Assembly: GCA_964016885.1 (NCBI GenBank)
Contig: OZ024750.1
Location: 29,574,001-29,638,000, forward strand
Length of the DNA: 64,000 nucleotides
Direction of reading: 5' to 3'
DNA from: Eledone cirrhosa
Lineage: Eukaryota
Part shown: in pieces, positions 27,736 to 40,292 of the stretch
Position numbering within the stretch: position 1 is the first letter of the stretch
Layout: each line of letters starts with the position of its first letter
Notes under the pieces: model-generated
Told to the model about the DNA's origin: nothing
Seen by the model: the letters and a program-made list of their open reading frames with translations, nothing else
The model's database searches: none
Position numbers and translations under genes: made by a program

Positions 27736-28834
27736 ACAGTTCTTTCAGTTTATCATAGGTTTTGTGATATTTCTACAAAAGACGACATAACCTGATGTCT
27801 TTCAGGATTTGTGAGTAGTTTGTGTGTGTGACTGGTGTATTTTATGTCAATTTGATAGGTGGTAGGTTATCAACCTGTCACATGGTCGGGCTGCCAGTGA
27901 CTAAATTAGCAGCCTCCTTCAAGCTTGCTTGAATATAGTGATTTATGGACACCCTACTGGATAAAAATCAAAACCCATCAAAGAGCAGAGGAACTCAGGA
28001 TAATTAATGGCCATTCAATACAGGTAGACAGAGCTCGTTAGCCTTGGTTGAAGGATCACTCTGATTTCAAAACTGGTGTAGATGAGTTTCCTTAGACCCC
28101 TTGGTGACAACCTTTCAAATGGGTAGACATCGCTTGTTAGCTTTGGTTGCTAGCCTGTCTAGATCAGGAGCATGCAACAGGCAACCCATGATCCACAATC
28201 CGGCTCGCCAGATGTCCATTTAAAATGTTTACCTTGTAGGCTAATTTAGAATTTTTTTCGTAACTGTAATACAATTTTCTGTTAGTTGACCTATACTGAA
28301 GGGCTTCACTGATAGTTATGTGTGTTATAATTTCCAGTTCTCTGTTATGGAAAGAAGTTGTGGTGAATCTTTGGAATAGTGCTTAATAAATATTAATGGC
28401 CCTAATGGCTTAATAAATATTAATGGCCCTAATGTTCAAAAGTAGCCCGCCAATGATATAAATTACACACTCTTGATCTAGAAAGATCACCTTGATGTCA
28501 AAAGCAGGGTTTCCTTAGTCACCTTGTGACAAATTTCACGTGGTCAACAGCTTCATCCTTGTGATGAAGGTGGTTGGCACTATGTCTAAAAGAAGAATCA
28601 CTTTGATGTCAAAACCAGGATAGATGGGTCACCTTGGTGACAACCTTTCAAGTGGTCAACAGCTTCATCCTTATGATGAAGAGGGATGAGCTGCAGCTCA
28701 GTAACCAACTCCTGAGTAATGGTCTGACGAGGATTTGGGACCCATGGACATCACATTTTTTCCCTGACCCTCAGCTATGAGGATGGGAAAAGACCAAGAC
28801 CAGGCTTAATCTGGTGCCCCATTTAACATTGCCA

Positions 28835-31060
28835 CCACCTGGCCCACTGTTACAGACAGTCAGATAAGGTGTCTAGTTTAATACCACCACTACCACAAAC
28901 ACCTGACCTACTGTTACAGACAGTTAGATAAGGTGTCTACTTTAATACCACCACTACCACAAACACCTGACCCACTGTTACAAACAGTCAGATAAGGTGT
29001 CTAGTTTAATACCACCACTACCACAAACACCTGACCTACTGTTACAGACAGTCAGATAAGGTGTCTAGTTTAATACCACCACTACCACAAACACCTGACC
29101 CACTGTTACAAACAGTCAGATAAGGTGTCTAGTTTAATACCACCACTACCACAAACACCTGACCCACTGTTACAAACAGTCAGATAAGGTGTCTAGTTTA
29201 ATACCACCACTACCACAAACACCTGACCCACTGTTACAAACAGTCAGATAAGGTGTCTAGTTTAATACCACCACTACCACAAACACCTGACCCACTGTTA
29301 CAAACAGTCAGATAAGGTGTCTAGTTTAATACCACCACTACCACAAACACCTGACCCACTGTTACAGACAGTTAGATCAGATGTCTAGTTTAATACCACC
29401 ACTACCACAAACACCTGACCCACTGTTACAAACAGTCAGATAAGGTGTCTACTTTAATACCACCACTACCACAAACACCTGACCCACTGTTACAAACAGT
29501 CAGATAAGGTGTCTAGTTTAATACCACCACTACCACAAACACCTGACCCACTGTTACAAACAGTCAGATAAGGTGTCTAGTTTAATACCACCACTACCAC
29601 AAACACCTGACCCACTGTTACAGACAGTCAGATAAGGTGTCTAGTTTAATACCACCACTACCACAAACACCTGACCCACTGTTACAGACAGTCAGATAAG
29701 GTGTCTAGTTTAATACCACCACTACCACAAACACCTGACCCACTGTTACAAACAGTCAGATAAGGTGTCTAGTTTAATACCACCACTACCACAAACACTG
29801 TTACAAACAGTCAGATAAGGTGTCTAGTTTAATACCACCACTACCACAAACACCTGACCTACTGTTACAGACAGTCAGATAAGGTGTCTAGTTTAATACC
29901 ACCACTACCACAAACACCTGACCCACTGTTACAGACAGTTAGATCAGATGTCTAGTTTAATACCACCACTACCACAAACACCTGACCCACTGTTACAGAC
30001 AGTCAGATAAGGTGTCTAGTTTAATACCACCACTACCACAAACACCTGACCCACTGTTACAAACAGTCAGATAAGGTGTCTAGTTTAATACCACCACTAC
30101 CACAAACACCTGACCCACTGTTACAGACAGTTAGATCAGATGTCTAGTTTAATACCACCACTACCACAAACACCTGACCCACTGTTACAGACAGTTAGAT
30201 CAGATGTCTAGTTTAATACCACCACTACCACAAACACCTGACCCACTGTTACAGACAGTTAGATCAGATGTCTAGTTTAATACCACCACTACCACAAACA
30301 CCTGACCCACTGTTACAGACAGTTAGATCAGATGTCTAGTTTAATACCACCACTACCACAAACACCTGACCCACTGTTACAGACAGTTAGATCAGATGTC
30401 TAGTTTAATACCACCACTACCACAAACACCTGACCTACTGTTATAGACAGTCAGATAAGGTGTCTACTTTAATACCATCACTACCACAAACACCTGACCC
30501 ACTGTTACAGACAGTTAGATCAGATGTCTAGTTTAATACCACCACTACCACAAACACCTGACCCACTGTTACAGACAGTTAGATCAGATGTCTAGTTTAA
30601 TACCACCACTACCACAAACACCTGACCCACTGTTACAGTCAGTCAGATAAGGTGTCTACTTTAATACCACCACTACCACAAACACCTGACCCACTGTTAC
30701 AGACAGTCAGGTAAGGTGTCTAGTTTAATACCACCACTACCACAAACACCTGACCCACTGTTACAGACAGTTAGATCAAATGTCTAGTTTAATACCACCA
30801 CTACCACAAACACCTGACCCACTGTTACAGACAGTTAGATCAGATGTCTAGTTTAATACCACCACTACCACAAACACCTGACCCACTGTTACAGACAGTC
30901 AGATAAGGTGTCTACTTTAATACCACCACTACCACAAACACCTGACCCACTGTTACAGACAGTCAGATAAGGTGTCTAGTTTAATACCACCACTACCACA
31001 AACACCTGACCCACTGTTACAGACAGTCAGATAAGGTGTCTAGTTTAATACCACCACTAC
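28835..31060. repeat. 64-bp minisatellite (~35 copies)
   Basis: accaccactaccacaaacacctgacccactgttacagacagtcagataaggtgtctagtttaat. Confidence 0.95.
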
Positions 31061-31488
31061 CTAATCTACAGTTCGAGACTGTTTTATCAGGTGTCTAGTT
31101 TAACACCACCACCACCTAATCTACAGTTCGAGACCGTCTTATCAGGTGTCTAGTTTAACACCACCACCACCTGATCTACAGTTTGAGACCGTCTTATCAG
31201 GTGTCTAGTTTAACACCACCACCACCTGATCTACAGTTTGAGACCGTCTTATCAGGTGTCTAGTTTAACACCACCACCACCTGATCTACAGTTTGAGACC
31301 GTCTTATCAGGTGTCTAGTTTAACACCACCACCACCTGATCTACAGTTTTAGACTGTCTTATCAGGTGTCTAGTTTAACACCACCACCACCTAATCTACA
31401 GTTTGAGACCGTCTTATCAGGTGTCTAGTTTAACACCACCACCACCTGATCTACAGTTTGAGACTGTCTTATCAGGTGTCTAGTTTAA
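31060..31488. repeat. 55-bp minisatellite (~8 copies) related to the 64-bp unit
   Basis: accaccaccacctgatctacagtttgagaccgtcttatcaggtgtctagtttaac. Confidence 0.93.
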
Positions 31489-31919
31489 GGATTACCAGTT
31501 ATTTTGATATGTTGTCACTACCTATATGTAACCATAAGTAATGGTTTATAAAGCCTCCTTTTTACTTCCCACCAATCTCCGAGCTGATGTAAAAGGTCAT
31601 GGCTACCACCCCTCCAAAGTCATTAAATAAAATAAGTTTAATTAACAGGAAATTAGAAGATATTGCTTAATTGCTGAAGACCTTAGATGAGCATACACAC
31701 CTCATGTAGAAAGAGTAAAAATAAAAATACATGTTTAGTCTGCTAAACATGTATTTTTATTTTTACTCTTAGTGTAACATATATGAAACAATATTTCCAT
31801 TGGTCTTTTCAATTACTATTAATCATCACTATATCAGAAAATATTATATAGATTCTCATATTCTTCACTAGTTATGTACAGTAATGTCTGATAAGTTTTG
31901 TTTCTGTTTTTTTTTGTAG

Positions 31920-32129
31920 GTATGCCGAACACATCAGGTTTAGTAATCCGTAAAAACACTATTGCTACTAAAGATGCAGACGTGGTTGCTAAGTTGCGGC
32001 AATCTGGTCTCATTCCATACGTAGTGACTAACATAAGTGAGCTCTGCATGTGGTATGAATCAGCTAACAACATATATGGAAGATCCAGTAATCCTTACAA
32101 TAACAGTCGAATTGCTGGAGGCAGTTCAG
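31920..32129 (+). CDS. FAAH2: FAAH2-like exon 3 (amidase signature, GGSS)
   Basis: tgtAG acceptor. (G)MPNTSGL...TNISELCMWYESANNIYGRSSNPYNNSRIAGGSS(G). GTAAAC donor, phase 1. Confidence 0.95.
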
Positions 32130-33357
32130 GTAAACCCTTTTATTTTATTCTAAATATATTCAATTAAGCCATTTCCCCTTCCCGTTGCTACTACAATAGC
32201 CTCTGCTCCTTAGACATGTCTGACTTCATGCCACTTCTACTCAAGTACCCCTAGCTCACTCATCTCTCTTCCGAGAAGGATTGTCAAGGTTCTCTGTTAC
32301 AAACTATAAAGCCCTTTTTTTTGTTTTTTTCAATATTTTAGTGATATATATATGCCGGCGTACAAGTTGTCATTTGGAGCCTAAAAATATATCTCCAAAA
32401 CCAGGGGTCAACTTGTCTGCCAAATATAAAATGTGTAAGCATGCATGCTGCTTCACCTGAACTACATCTCAGAATTTTAGGGGTTGACCTATGCGCTGGA
32501 TCAACTTGTACACTGGCATAAATGGTAGTTTGTGAGGCTTCACCCAGATGACGGGAGACCTACCCCTCCACCCAGCTATCGTGTTGATCAGATAATAACC
32601 CCTGTTCTTTCTCCTGCATATAACATTGAATAATTAATGAACTACTATTTCAAAACTGGTGGTGAAATATTATATACAATAGGACAGGACAAGGTGATGG
32701 TGATGGTGGTGTTGATGTTGTTGTTGTTTAGCCCTAGGTCAGCCCTGATCAAGTAGACCTGTGATCAAAGAAATTTCAGCCATTATAATTCTTTTGTTTG
32801 TTTTTTCCAAGGCATAGTGCTGTGGATTACATTATCTAATATAACCTTTTTTTCCTAAGATAGTAAGATGTGATTTGAAAGAGATTTGGCTGCTATTTCT
32901 AGCATCTTGGATGACCATGCTGCAGCTCTTTCATTGTTGGTGGTGGTAGTAGATGTGGTGGTGGTGGGGATAGTGGTGGTAGTAGTTGTTGTGGTGGTAG
33001 TGGTGTGGGTTTTGATAGTGGTGGTGGTGGTAATGGTGATAGTGGCAGTGTTGGTTATGGTGATAGTGGTGGTATTGGTAGTCGTGGTAGTGGTGGTGGT
33101 TATAAATTGTCTGTAAATATTTTGGCTTTAACACTGCCTTTATATACAGGTTAGATAACAGTTTGCTGTATTGTAGTATTTCTAATACAGTAAACATTGA
33201 TCAATCTCAGCAGCTGGGGATTAACCCTACAATGAACTGGTATCCCATCCAGGAGAGAATCTTGTGTTCTCAGTCACTTAGCACCAACAAAACCGAGATA
33301 AACTCGGGCCTCATAAGCTGAACCTTCAGACTTGGAATAGATTTTAACCTTCCTTAA

Positions 33358-33564
33358 TCTTTCAGCATTTACATTACTCTATATATGCTAATGTATTTTC
33401 GCGGTAAAGGCTTTACCTCACATAATATCAAATCTATGAGATTTTGATATTATTTATTTTGAGAACAATACCGTAACGTCAGTATGAGCAGCTGGTTACA
33501 GCCAGTTTGACAGAAAGAAGTGAGAGAATTCTGGCTGGATATGGCTGGTTTAAATGCTAAAAGG
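33358..33564. mobile_element. piggyBac-like MITE family B
   Basis: TTAA...AGCATTTACATTACTCTAT...GGTTTAAATGCTAAAAGG-TTAA. Confidence 0.7.
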
Positions 33565-33864
33565 TTAACATAGATTGAGCTCATAAAACTAATCTAGGAA
33601 TTCTCATTCTAGTTATAATTCTGCTGGTTTCATCTACTCTAGCTGGACCTTATCTGTTTCCTTTTTGTTTCCTTTTTATTTTTGGTTTTAATCCAGTTTT
33701 TTTCATCCCTAAAGGGAGAATAATGTCTTTTTATTTATTTATTTACTTTTGTTAGTTAAATTGTTTATTTGTTTTTTTCCAATTAATTACCCTTTGCTAA
33801 ATTAAGAGTAGAATCTAATTTTTATGAAATAAGTAAGCTCAAGAAAGCAGAGTCATATGTTTTG

Positions 33865-34370
33865 ACCAAGGGCTCAACATAACAATTGAAATAAGGTTTG
33901 ATCAGGGGCTTAACACAACAGTTGAAGTAAGGTTTGATCAGGGGCTCAACACAACAACTCTAGTAAGGTTTGATCAGTGTTTCAACACAACAGCTGAAGT
34001 AAAGTTTGATCAGGGGCTCAACACATCAACTCTAGTAAGGTTTGATCAGGGGCTCAACACAACAACTCTAGTAAGGTTTGATCAGGGGCTCAACACAACT
34101 CTAGTAAGGTTTGATCAGTGTCTCAACACAACAGCTGAAGTAAAGTTTGATAAGGGGCTCAACACAACTCTAGTAAGGTTTGATCAGTGTCTCAACACAA
34201 TAGCTGAAGTAAAGTTTGATCAGGGGCTCAACGCAACAACTCTAGTAAGGTTTGATCAGGGGCACAACACAACAGCTGTAGTAAGGTTTGATCACGGGTT
34301 CAACACACCAGCTGAAGTAAAATTTGATCAGGGGTTCATTACAACAACTGTAGTAAGGTTTGATCAGATG
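33865..34370. repeat. ~33-36-bp minisatellite
   Basis: tttgatcaggggctcaacacaacaactctagtaagg, about 14 copies. Confidence 0.9.
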
Positions 34371-34398
34371 ACCTTGGGCTTAGTATTCACTACTTTAA

Positions 34399-34652
34399 CC
34401 CAGCCTTTACTATATTTCTAATGAAAGACACTGTTTATGATTTTTAAATCATTTTGAAAATAATCGAGAATTTAGGAAGATTTAGTAAAATAACTAACTT
34501 TCTCATTATCAAGCTAGTGTCTAGAGCATAACTTAAGAAAGGTTTTTACATTAAATTATGATGGAAGGTTTTTAGATAAATATAAACACTTTAAAACAAA
34601 TAGTTTTCAATTGTAGAAACAGGAAACGTTTGATGGTTTGGTACCAAAAGGG
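34399..34652. mobile_element. piggyBac-like MITE family A
   Basis: TTAA-CCC...AAAAGGG-TTAA. Internal similarity to the reverse complement of 8423-9150. Confidence 0.7.
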
Positions 34653-34819
34653 TTAAGTGTGCTCTCCATGAGATTTATATTGTTACTCGGAGTAGCATGA
34701 GTGTATATTCCATCTAGGTGTTTAGTGAGTGTTTTAGTGTAAGTCTCACATTGCACTCCAGTGCGAAATTAGTGTGAGTCCAGTGTTGCACTTCATAGAG
34801 AAGTTAGTTTTTTACAGCT

Positions 34820-35095
34820 GCCCAAATGATATTAAGAACGATGGCGAGACTAGATCAAACAGCAAATAGTAATCACAAGATCAGGGCTCAACTAGGGGCT
34901 CCAAGATCTGCATTAAGACCCCACAATACTCTGTGGAAAGATTGCACTCTCTACAAGAGCATCAAGTTGAAGCTTCTGAAGACTAGTTTGGTTGGTGGCA
35001 CTGAATGGCTGTGAGACCTGGACACTGAAGACCATTGGTGTTAACAAACTGATGTCATTTGAGACAACATGTTGCAGGAGGACACTGCATATCAG
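34820..35095 (+). mobile_element. Degenerate RTE LINE fragment
   Basis: IRAQLG...LWKD...IKLKLLKTSL, then frameshifted ETWTL...FETTCCRRTL. Similar to the post-RT region. Confidence 0.5.
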
Positions 35096-35252
35096 TCAGT
35101 CCTGGAGGAGATGGGAACAAAGAGGCAAACAGATAGTTGGGACTTTAACCCTTTAGCATTTACATTACTCTATATTTACAATTATATTTTCATGGCAAAG
35201 GCTTTACCTCACATAATATTGAATCTATGAGATTTTGATATTATTTATTTTG

Positions 35253-35443
35253 TGTAGGGCGGTGAATTGGCAGTATTGGGAGAGGGTCGGACGCCATGCT
35301 TTGACGTATAGAGTTACGGCCCTTGCCATTCTGAGTTCAAATCCCGCGGAGGTTAACTTTGCCTTTCATCCTTACGGGGTCGATAAAATAAAGTACCAGT
35401 AATGCACTGGGTATTTGCTGGCCTTGTGCGTAACGTAGAAACA
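35253..35443 (+). mobile_element. tRNA-derived SINE with 13-bp TSD, nested in a piggyBac-like MITE
   Basis: TSD ATTATTTATTTTG at 35240-35252 and 35444-35456. Confidence 0.88.
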
Positions 35444-35550
35444 ATTATTTATTTTGAGAACAATACCTTAACATCAGCTATGGGGCTGATTATATTTGAT
35501 GTTGTTGTTGTTTAAAATTGTTATGTATGGTTTTATTTTGTATTGATTAG

Positions 35551-35670
35551 GTGGTGAGGGATGCCTGATCGGTGCTGGAGCTTCAGTTATTGGAGTCGGC
35601 TCCGATATAGGTGGCAGTATTCGTATACCATCCTTTTTTAATGGAATATTTGGTCATAAAACATCTACAG
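35551..35670 (+). CDS. FAAH2: FAAH2-like exon 4 (nucleophile Ser, GSDIGGSIR)
   Basis: Not in the ORF track. Manual translation: (G)[39 protein letters not shown](G). AG/GT boundaries, phase 1-1. Confidence 0.95.
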
Positions 35671-35899
35671 GTAAATATTAGGTCATTAATTAATCTGTTT
35701 GTTGTTGTTGTTGTTGTTATTAGTTTCTGCATCTCTGTATATGTGTGTCTGTATATGTGTGTGGAGGAGGTATGTGTGTATTTATATATGTGTATGTGTG
35801 CATTTGTGTGTGTATATGTATGTGTTTGTGTGTATCTGTGTATATGTATATTTTTTGTCACCATTGTTTTATCAGGTGGAGTCTTCATGTTGCAAAGTA

Positions 35900-36620
35900 C
35901 AACCCATTTAAAACATGTGGTATATTCATGTTGCCATATACAGCACATTTAAAACATGTGGTATCTTCATGTTGCCATATACAGCACATTTAAAAGATGT
36001 GGTATATTCATGTTGCCATATACAGCACATTTAAAACATGTGGTTTCTTCATGTTGCCATATACAGCACATTTAAAACATGTGGTTTCTTCATGTTGCCA
36101 TATACAGCACATTTAAAACATGTGGTATCTTCATGTTGCCATATACAGCACATTTAAAACATGTGGTTTCTTCATGTTGCCATATACAGCACATTTAAAA
36201 CATGTGGTTTCTTCATGTTGCCATATACAGCACATTTAAAACATGTGGTTTCTTCATGTTGCTATATACAGCACATTTAAAACATGTGGTATCTTCATGT
36301 TGCCATATACAGCACATTTAAAACATGTGGTTTCTTCATGTTGCTATATACAGCACATTTAAAACATGTGGTATCTTCATGTTGCCATATACAGCACATT
36401 TAAAACATGTGGTTTCTTCATGTTGCTATATACAGCACATTTAAAACATGTGGTATCTTCATGTTGCCATATACAGCACATTTAAAACATGTGGTTTCTT
36501 CATGTTGCTATATACAGCACATTTAAAACATGTATCTTCATGTTGCCATATACAGCACATTTAAAACATGTGGTTTCTTCATGTTGCAATATACAGTACA
36601 TTTAAAAACATGTGGCATTT
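35900..36620. repeat. 41-bp minisatellite (~17 copies)
   Basis: catttaaaacatgtggtttcttcatgttgccatatacagca. Confidence 0.93.
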
Positions 36621-37113
36621 TCATCTTTGATTCCAACATCCAGTTTAGAATAGCATCCATGCATGTTGTAAGAGGCAACTAAAAGGGTTGGTACCAGGTG
36701 GGTATCTGGCTGTAAAACATTCTCATCATGAATATGATACCTGTGATGGGGACAGACATGTCTCTCTCTCTCTCTCCCTCTCTCTCTCTCTCTCATACTC
36801 TCATACATATTTAACTATTAGGAACAGGAAAGATCCCAATTTATCGATTTTTGTCCAGTAAATAGTAATTTTTTCCCTTTGTATTTTTTCTCTAATTCCT
36901 TTTATATTCACCATCATCATCATTGTTTATACATCAACCTTTCCATGTTGGCATGGGTTGGACTAGACTTTTTGAGGCAATGTTTTACAATTGGTTGGTC
37001 TTTTTGACATCAACCCATTTAGTTGCTTCTAATGATATGCAGGCATACAGTTTATCTATTCTAAACTGGATACAACATGGCATTATACTCATAATACAAT
37101 TTTCTTTTTCTAG

Positions 37114-37268
37114 GAATTGTTTCCAATGAAGGACAGTTTCCTAATGCAAGTGGTGTACAAGCAGAACTTTTGTCCGTGGGACCCATGTGTCGATATGCAG
37201 AAGACCTCAAGCCAATGTTACGCATCATGGCTGGAGAAAATGCCAAGAAACTCAATCTTGATGAACCT
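37114..37268 (+). CDS. FAAH2: FAAH2-like exon 5
   Basis: tttctAG acceptor. (G)IVSNEGQFP...SVGPMCRYAEDLKPMLRIMAGENAKKLNLDEP. GTAATA donor, phase 0. Confidence 0.92.
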
Positions 37269-37419
37269 GTAATATATTTTTCATTAATACTTTATATTAT
37301 ACATGTATTGTTTTTAAATATGTTTCTACATGAATTTATTTATTATATCAGCTATAAAATGAAAAGTGTTCTCAACAGAAATACTAAAGTCTCTTGCTTG
37401 CAATATATTTTGCTTGGTA

Positions 37420-38100
37420 CCAAGATGAGATTTTACAACAGCAATGTGCTTTCAACACTCCTGTACAGGTGTGAAACATGGAATGTGAAGACCAGCCAAG
37501 AGATCCAATGATGCTTTTGACACCAAATGCCTACGGAAAAATCCTTGGCATCAGGTGGGGTGACTTCATCACTGAATAAGGAGTCTGTCAATGAACTCCC
37601 TAACAATGTACAAGTGATGAGTAGGTTGGTTGGTTGGGACATGTCACATAACTCTGAACCCACCAATAATGTGTGTCTAACATCAAGTGTTGAGTTGGTT
37701 GGTTGGGACATGTCACATAACTCTGAACCCACCAATAATGTGTGTCTAACATCAAGTGTTGAGTTGGTTGGTTGGGACATGTCACATGACTCTGAACCCA
37801 CCAATAATGTGCGTCTAACATCAAGTGTTGAGTTGGTTGGTTGGGACATGTCACATGACTCTGAACCCACCAACAACATGTGTCTAACATCAAGTACAAG
37901 TGTTGACTTGATTGGTTGGGACATGTCACATAACTCTGAACCCACCAATAATGTGCGTCTAGCATCAAGTGTGTTGAGTTGGTTGGTTGGGACATGTCAC
38001 ATGACTCTCAAGAGAGAGAGAGACATGCTTATGAGGTCCTGTACTGGTAACCACATGGAAAGAGGCGAAGAGGACGTCTGAAGATGAACTGGCAGCAGAC
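37420..38100 (+). mobile_element. RTE LINE fragment containing a 69-bp minisatellite
   Basis: KMRFYNSNVLSTLLYRCETW, then repeated WLGHV-encoding units, then a GKRRRGRLK-like end. Confidence 0.7.
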
Positions 38101-38466
38101 AATTATTCCATGACAGTCTCTTGGCCAGCCTAGGAACTTTACAGCCAACCCTTGTATGTATGTATGTATGTATGTGTGTATGTTTACATTTTACATCCAA
38201 TGATGTAGACCAGTTCTTCTTTTTGGGTAAATGCATTCGATGTTTAGAGAGTGGGATTGGCCTCGTGCAAAGCCTTTCGTCATTTAAAGAAGTTTCAGGC
38301 ACAGGCATCGCTTGATATGTGACATTATTTTTGTGATGGATGGCATTGCTGGCCATGGGCAGGTTCCTGGCAGGACTGAAGGGCCATGTCTGTGATGCTC
38401 ATGCTTGAGTGTCAAGTGATGGCATTACTTGAAGTCAAGTTGCAACCATCATTATGTAGTAATCAA

Positions 38467-38610
38467 TGCAAAGAGTTACGTCCCTTTACGATCTGAGTTC
38501 AAATCCCGCCGAGGTTAACTTTGCCTTTCATCCTTACGGCGGCGATAAAATAAAGTACCAGTAATGTACTGGGATAATTGCTGGCCTTGTGCCAATAGTA
38601 GAAACAATTG
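38467..38610 (+). mobile_element. 5'-truncated SINE with 12-bp TSD
   Basis: TSD TGTAGTAATCAA at 38455-38466 and 38611-38622. B box and body present. Confidence 0.85.
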
Positions 38611-38692
38611 TGTAGTAATCAACCTATGAACTTTTCAGCCAACCTTCATATACTGTTTATTTATTTGCTTAATTAATGTATTTCCTTTTAAG

Positions 38693-38791
38693 GTCGACAT
38701 CAGCAAACTAAAAATCTTTTATATGGAAGATGATGAAGGGGGTTTATTTTCAAGTACTGTCCAACCAGATATGAAAGCTTCAATCCACAAA
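38693..38791 (+). CDS. FAAH2: FAAH2-like exon 6
   Basis: Not in the ORF track. tttaAG acceptor. VDISKLKIFYMEDDEGGLFSSTVQPDMKASIHK (33 codons). GTAAGA donor, phase 0-0. Confidence 0.9.
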
Positions 38792-38847
38792 GTAAGACAG
38801 AATCATATTTTAGACATTTCTTTCTTTCACTATTTGTTGCTTTAGCT

Positions 38848-39164
38848 CAGGGGTGTGCAACATATTCCATTGGCGAGGCCACTTTTGAACATTGGAACAA
38901 CTATTAGGGCTATTAATATTTATTAAGCACTATTCCAAAGATTCACCATAACTTCTTTCCATAACATGGAACTTCGAAATTATAACACACATAACCCTAT
39001 CAATGAAGCCCTTTAGTATAAGTCAACTAACAGAAAATTGTATTATGGTTACAAAAAAAATTCTAAATAAGCATACAAAGTAAAAAAAAACGGTCATCGC
39101 GGGCCACTCTGACTGGTCTGGTGGGCCAGATTATGGCCCGCGGGCTGCCTGTTGCACACCCCTA
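38848..39164. mobile_element. hAT (Charlie-like) MITE
   Basis: TIR CAGGGGTGTGCAAC...GTTGCACACCCCTA. Degenerate 8-bp TSD (ctttagct/ttttaact). Inverted homolog at ~28164-28460, related element at ~5995-6160. Confidence 0.75.
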
Positions 39165-39889
39165 TTTTAACTCTTTAGCATTTACATTACTCTATATTTA
39201 CTATTATATTTTCATGGTAAACACTTCATCTCACATAATATTGAATCTATGAGATTTTGATATTTATTTTGAGAACAATACCTTATCATAAATATGAGCA
39301 GCTGGTTTGAACAAAAAGAGGTGAGAGAATTCTGGCCGGATACAGCCAGTTTAAATGCCAAAGGGTTAAACATTTATTTATTTCATTATTTGTTGTTACT
39401 TTAAGATAATCAATTAGATTAAATATATTTTAATGATGTGTGGCTTAGTGGTTAGGGTGTTGTTTTCATGATTGTAAGGTTATGAGTTTAATCCCTGGGT
39501 CGTGTTGTACATTGTCTCCTTGAGCAAAGCACTTCATTCTACTCTGATGAAATATGAGTGCCAGCAATAGCTGACGGTGAGAGAGGAGGTAGTCTTGTGA
39601 TGGATTGGCATCTGCCCAAGGGGGAGTCTTTGGCTCACAGTTGCTTAATGCCACAAAATCAGGATTAACTCCAACTCCAAGGAACCTCCAGGTTCAACGA
39701 AGACTTCAACCTTTAAATATACTCTGATTTCTTCAATATATCTTACACTGTCAAACACTGCTTCACAGAGGCTCACAGTTGCTTAATGTCACACAAAACT
39801 AGGATTAACTCTAATCCCAGTCAGCTTCTAGGTTCAACGAAGACTCAAACCTTTAGATATACTGATTTCTTCAATATATCCTACACTGT

Positions 39890-40240
39890 CAAACACTGCT
39901 TTACCTTTCATCTTTCCAAGGTCAATGAAATAAAGTACCAGTAAAGTACTGGGGTTCAATGTAATTGACCTTCTGCTGCCCCCAAATTGTTAGACTTGTG
40001 CTTAAATTAGAAATCATTAAAGGTAGTGGGTTGGCAGAATTGATAGAGCGTTAGATAACATGTCATTCTGGTATTTGTTCTGACTCTTTACATTCTGAGT
40101 TCAAATCCCACTGAGCTCAACTTGGTCCATCATCCATCCAGGGTTGATAAAATAAAGTACCAGTCAAATACTGGGGTTTATATACAATTGATTCTCCCCT
40201 TCTCCACAAAATTACTGGCTTTGTGTCTAAATCAGAAACA
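39890..40240 (+). mobile_element. Two tandem diverged SINE copies
   Basis: Body motif AAATAAAGTACCAGT occurs twice. A/B boxes in the second copy (~40020-40110). Confidence 0.7.
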
Positions 40241-40292
40241 TTTAAATTAAAACAAGTTATTATCTTTGGAATGCAGAGAGTGAAATTTAGAA

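Noticed and set aside
28835-31488. CRISPR-like appearance (palindromic periodic repeats; also 16850-17635, 18430-19088, 35900-36620)
   Set aside because: Units are head-to-tail with no unique spacers, there are no cas genes, and the context is a eukaryotic intron.
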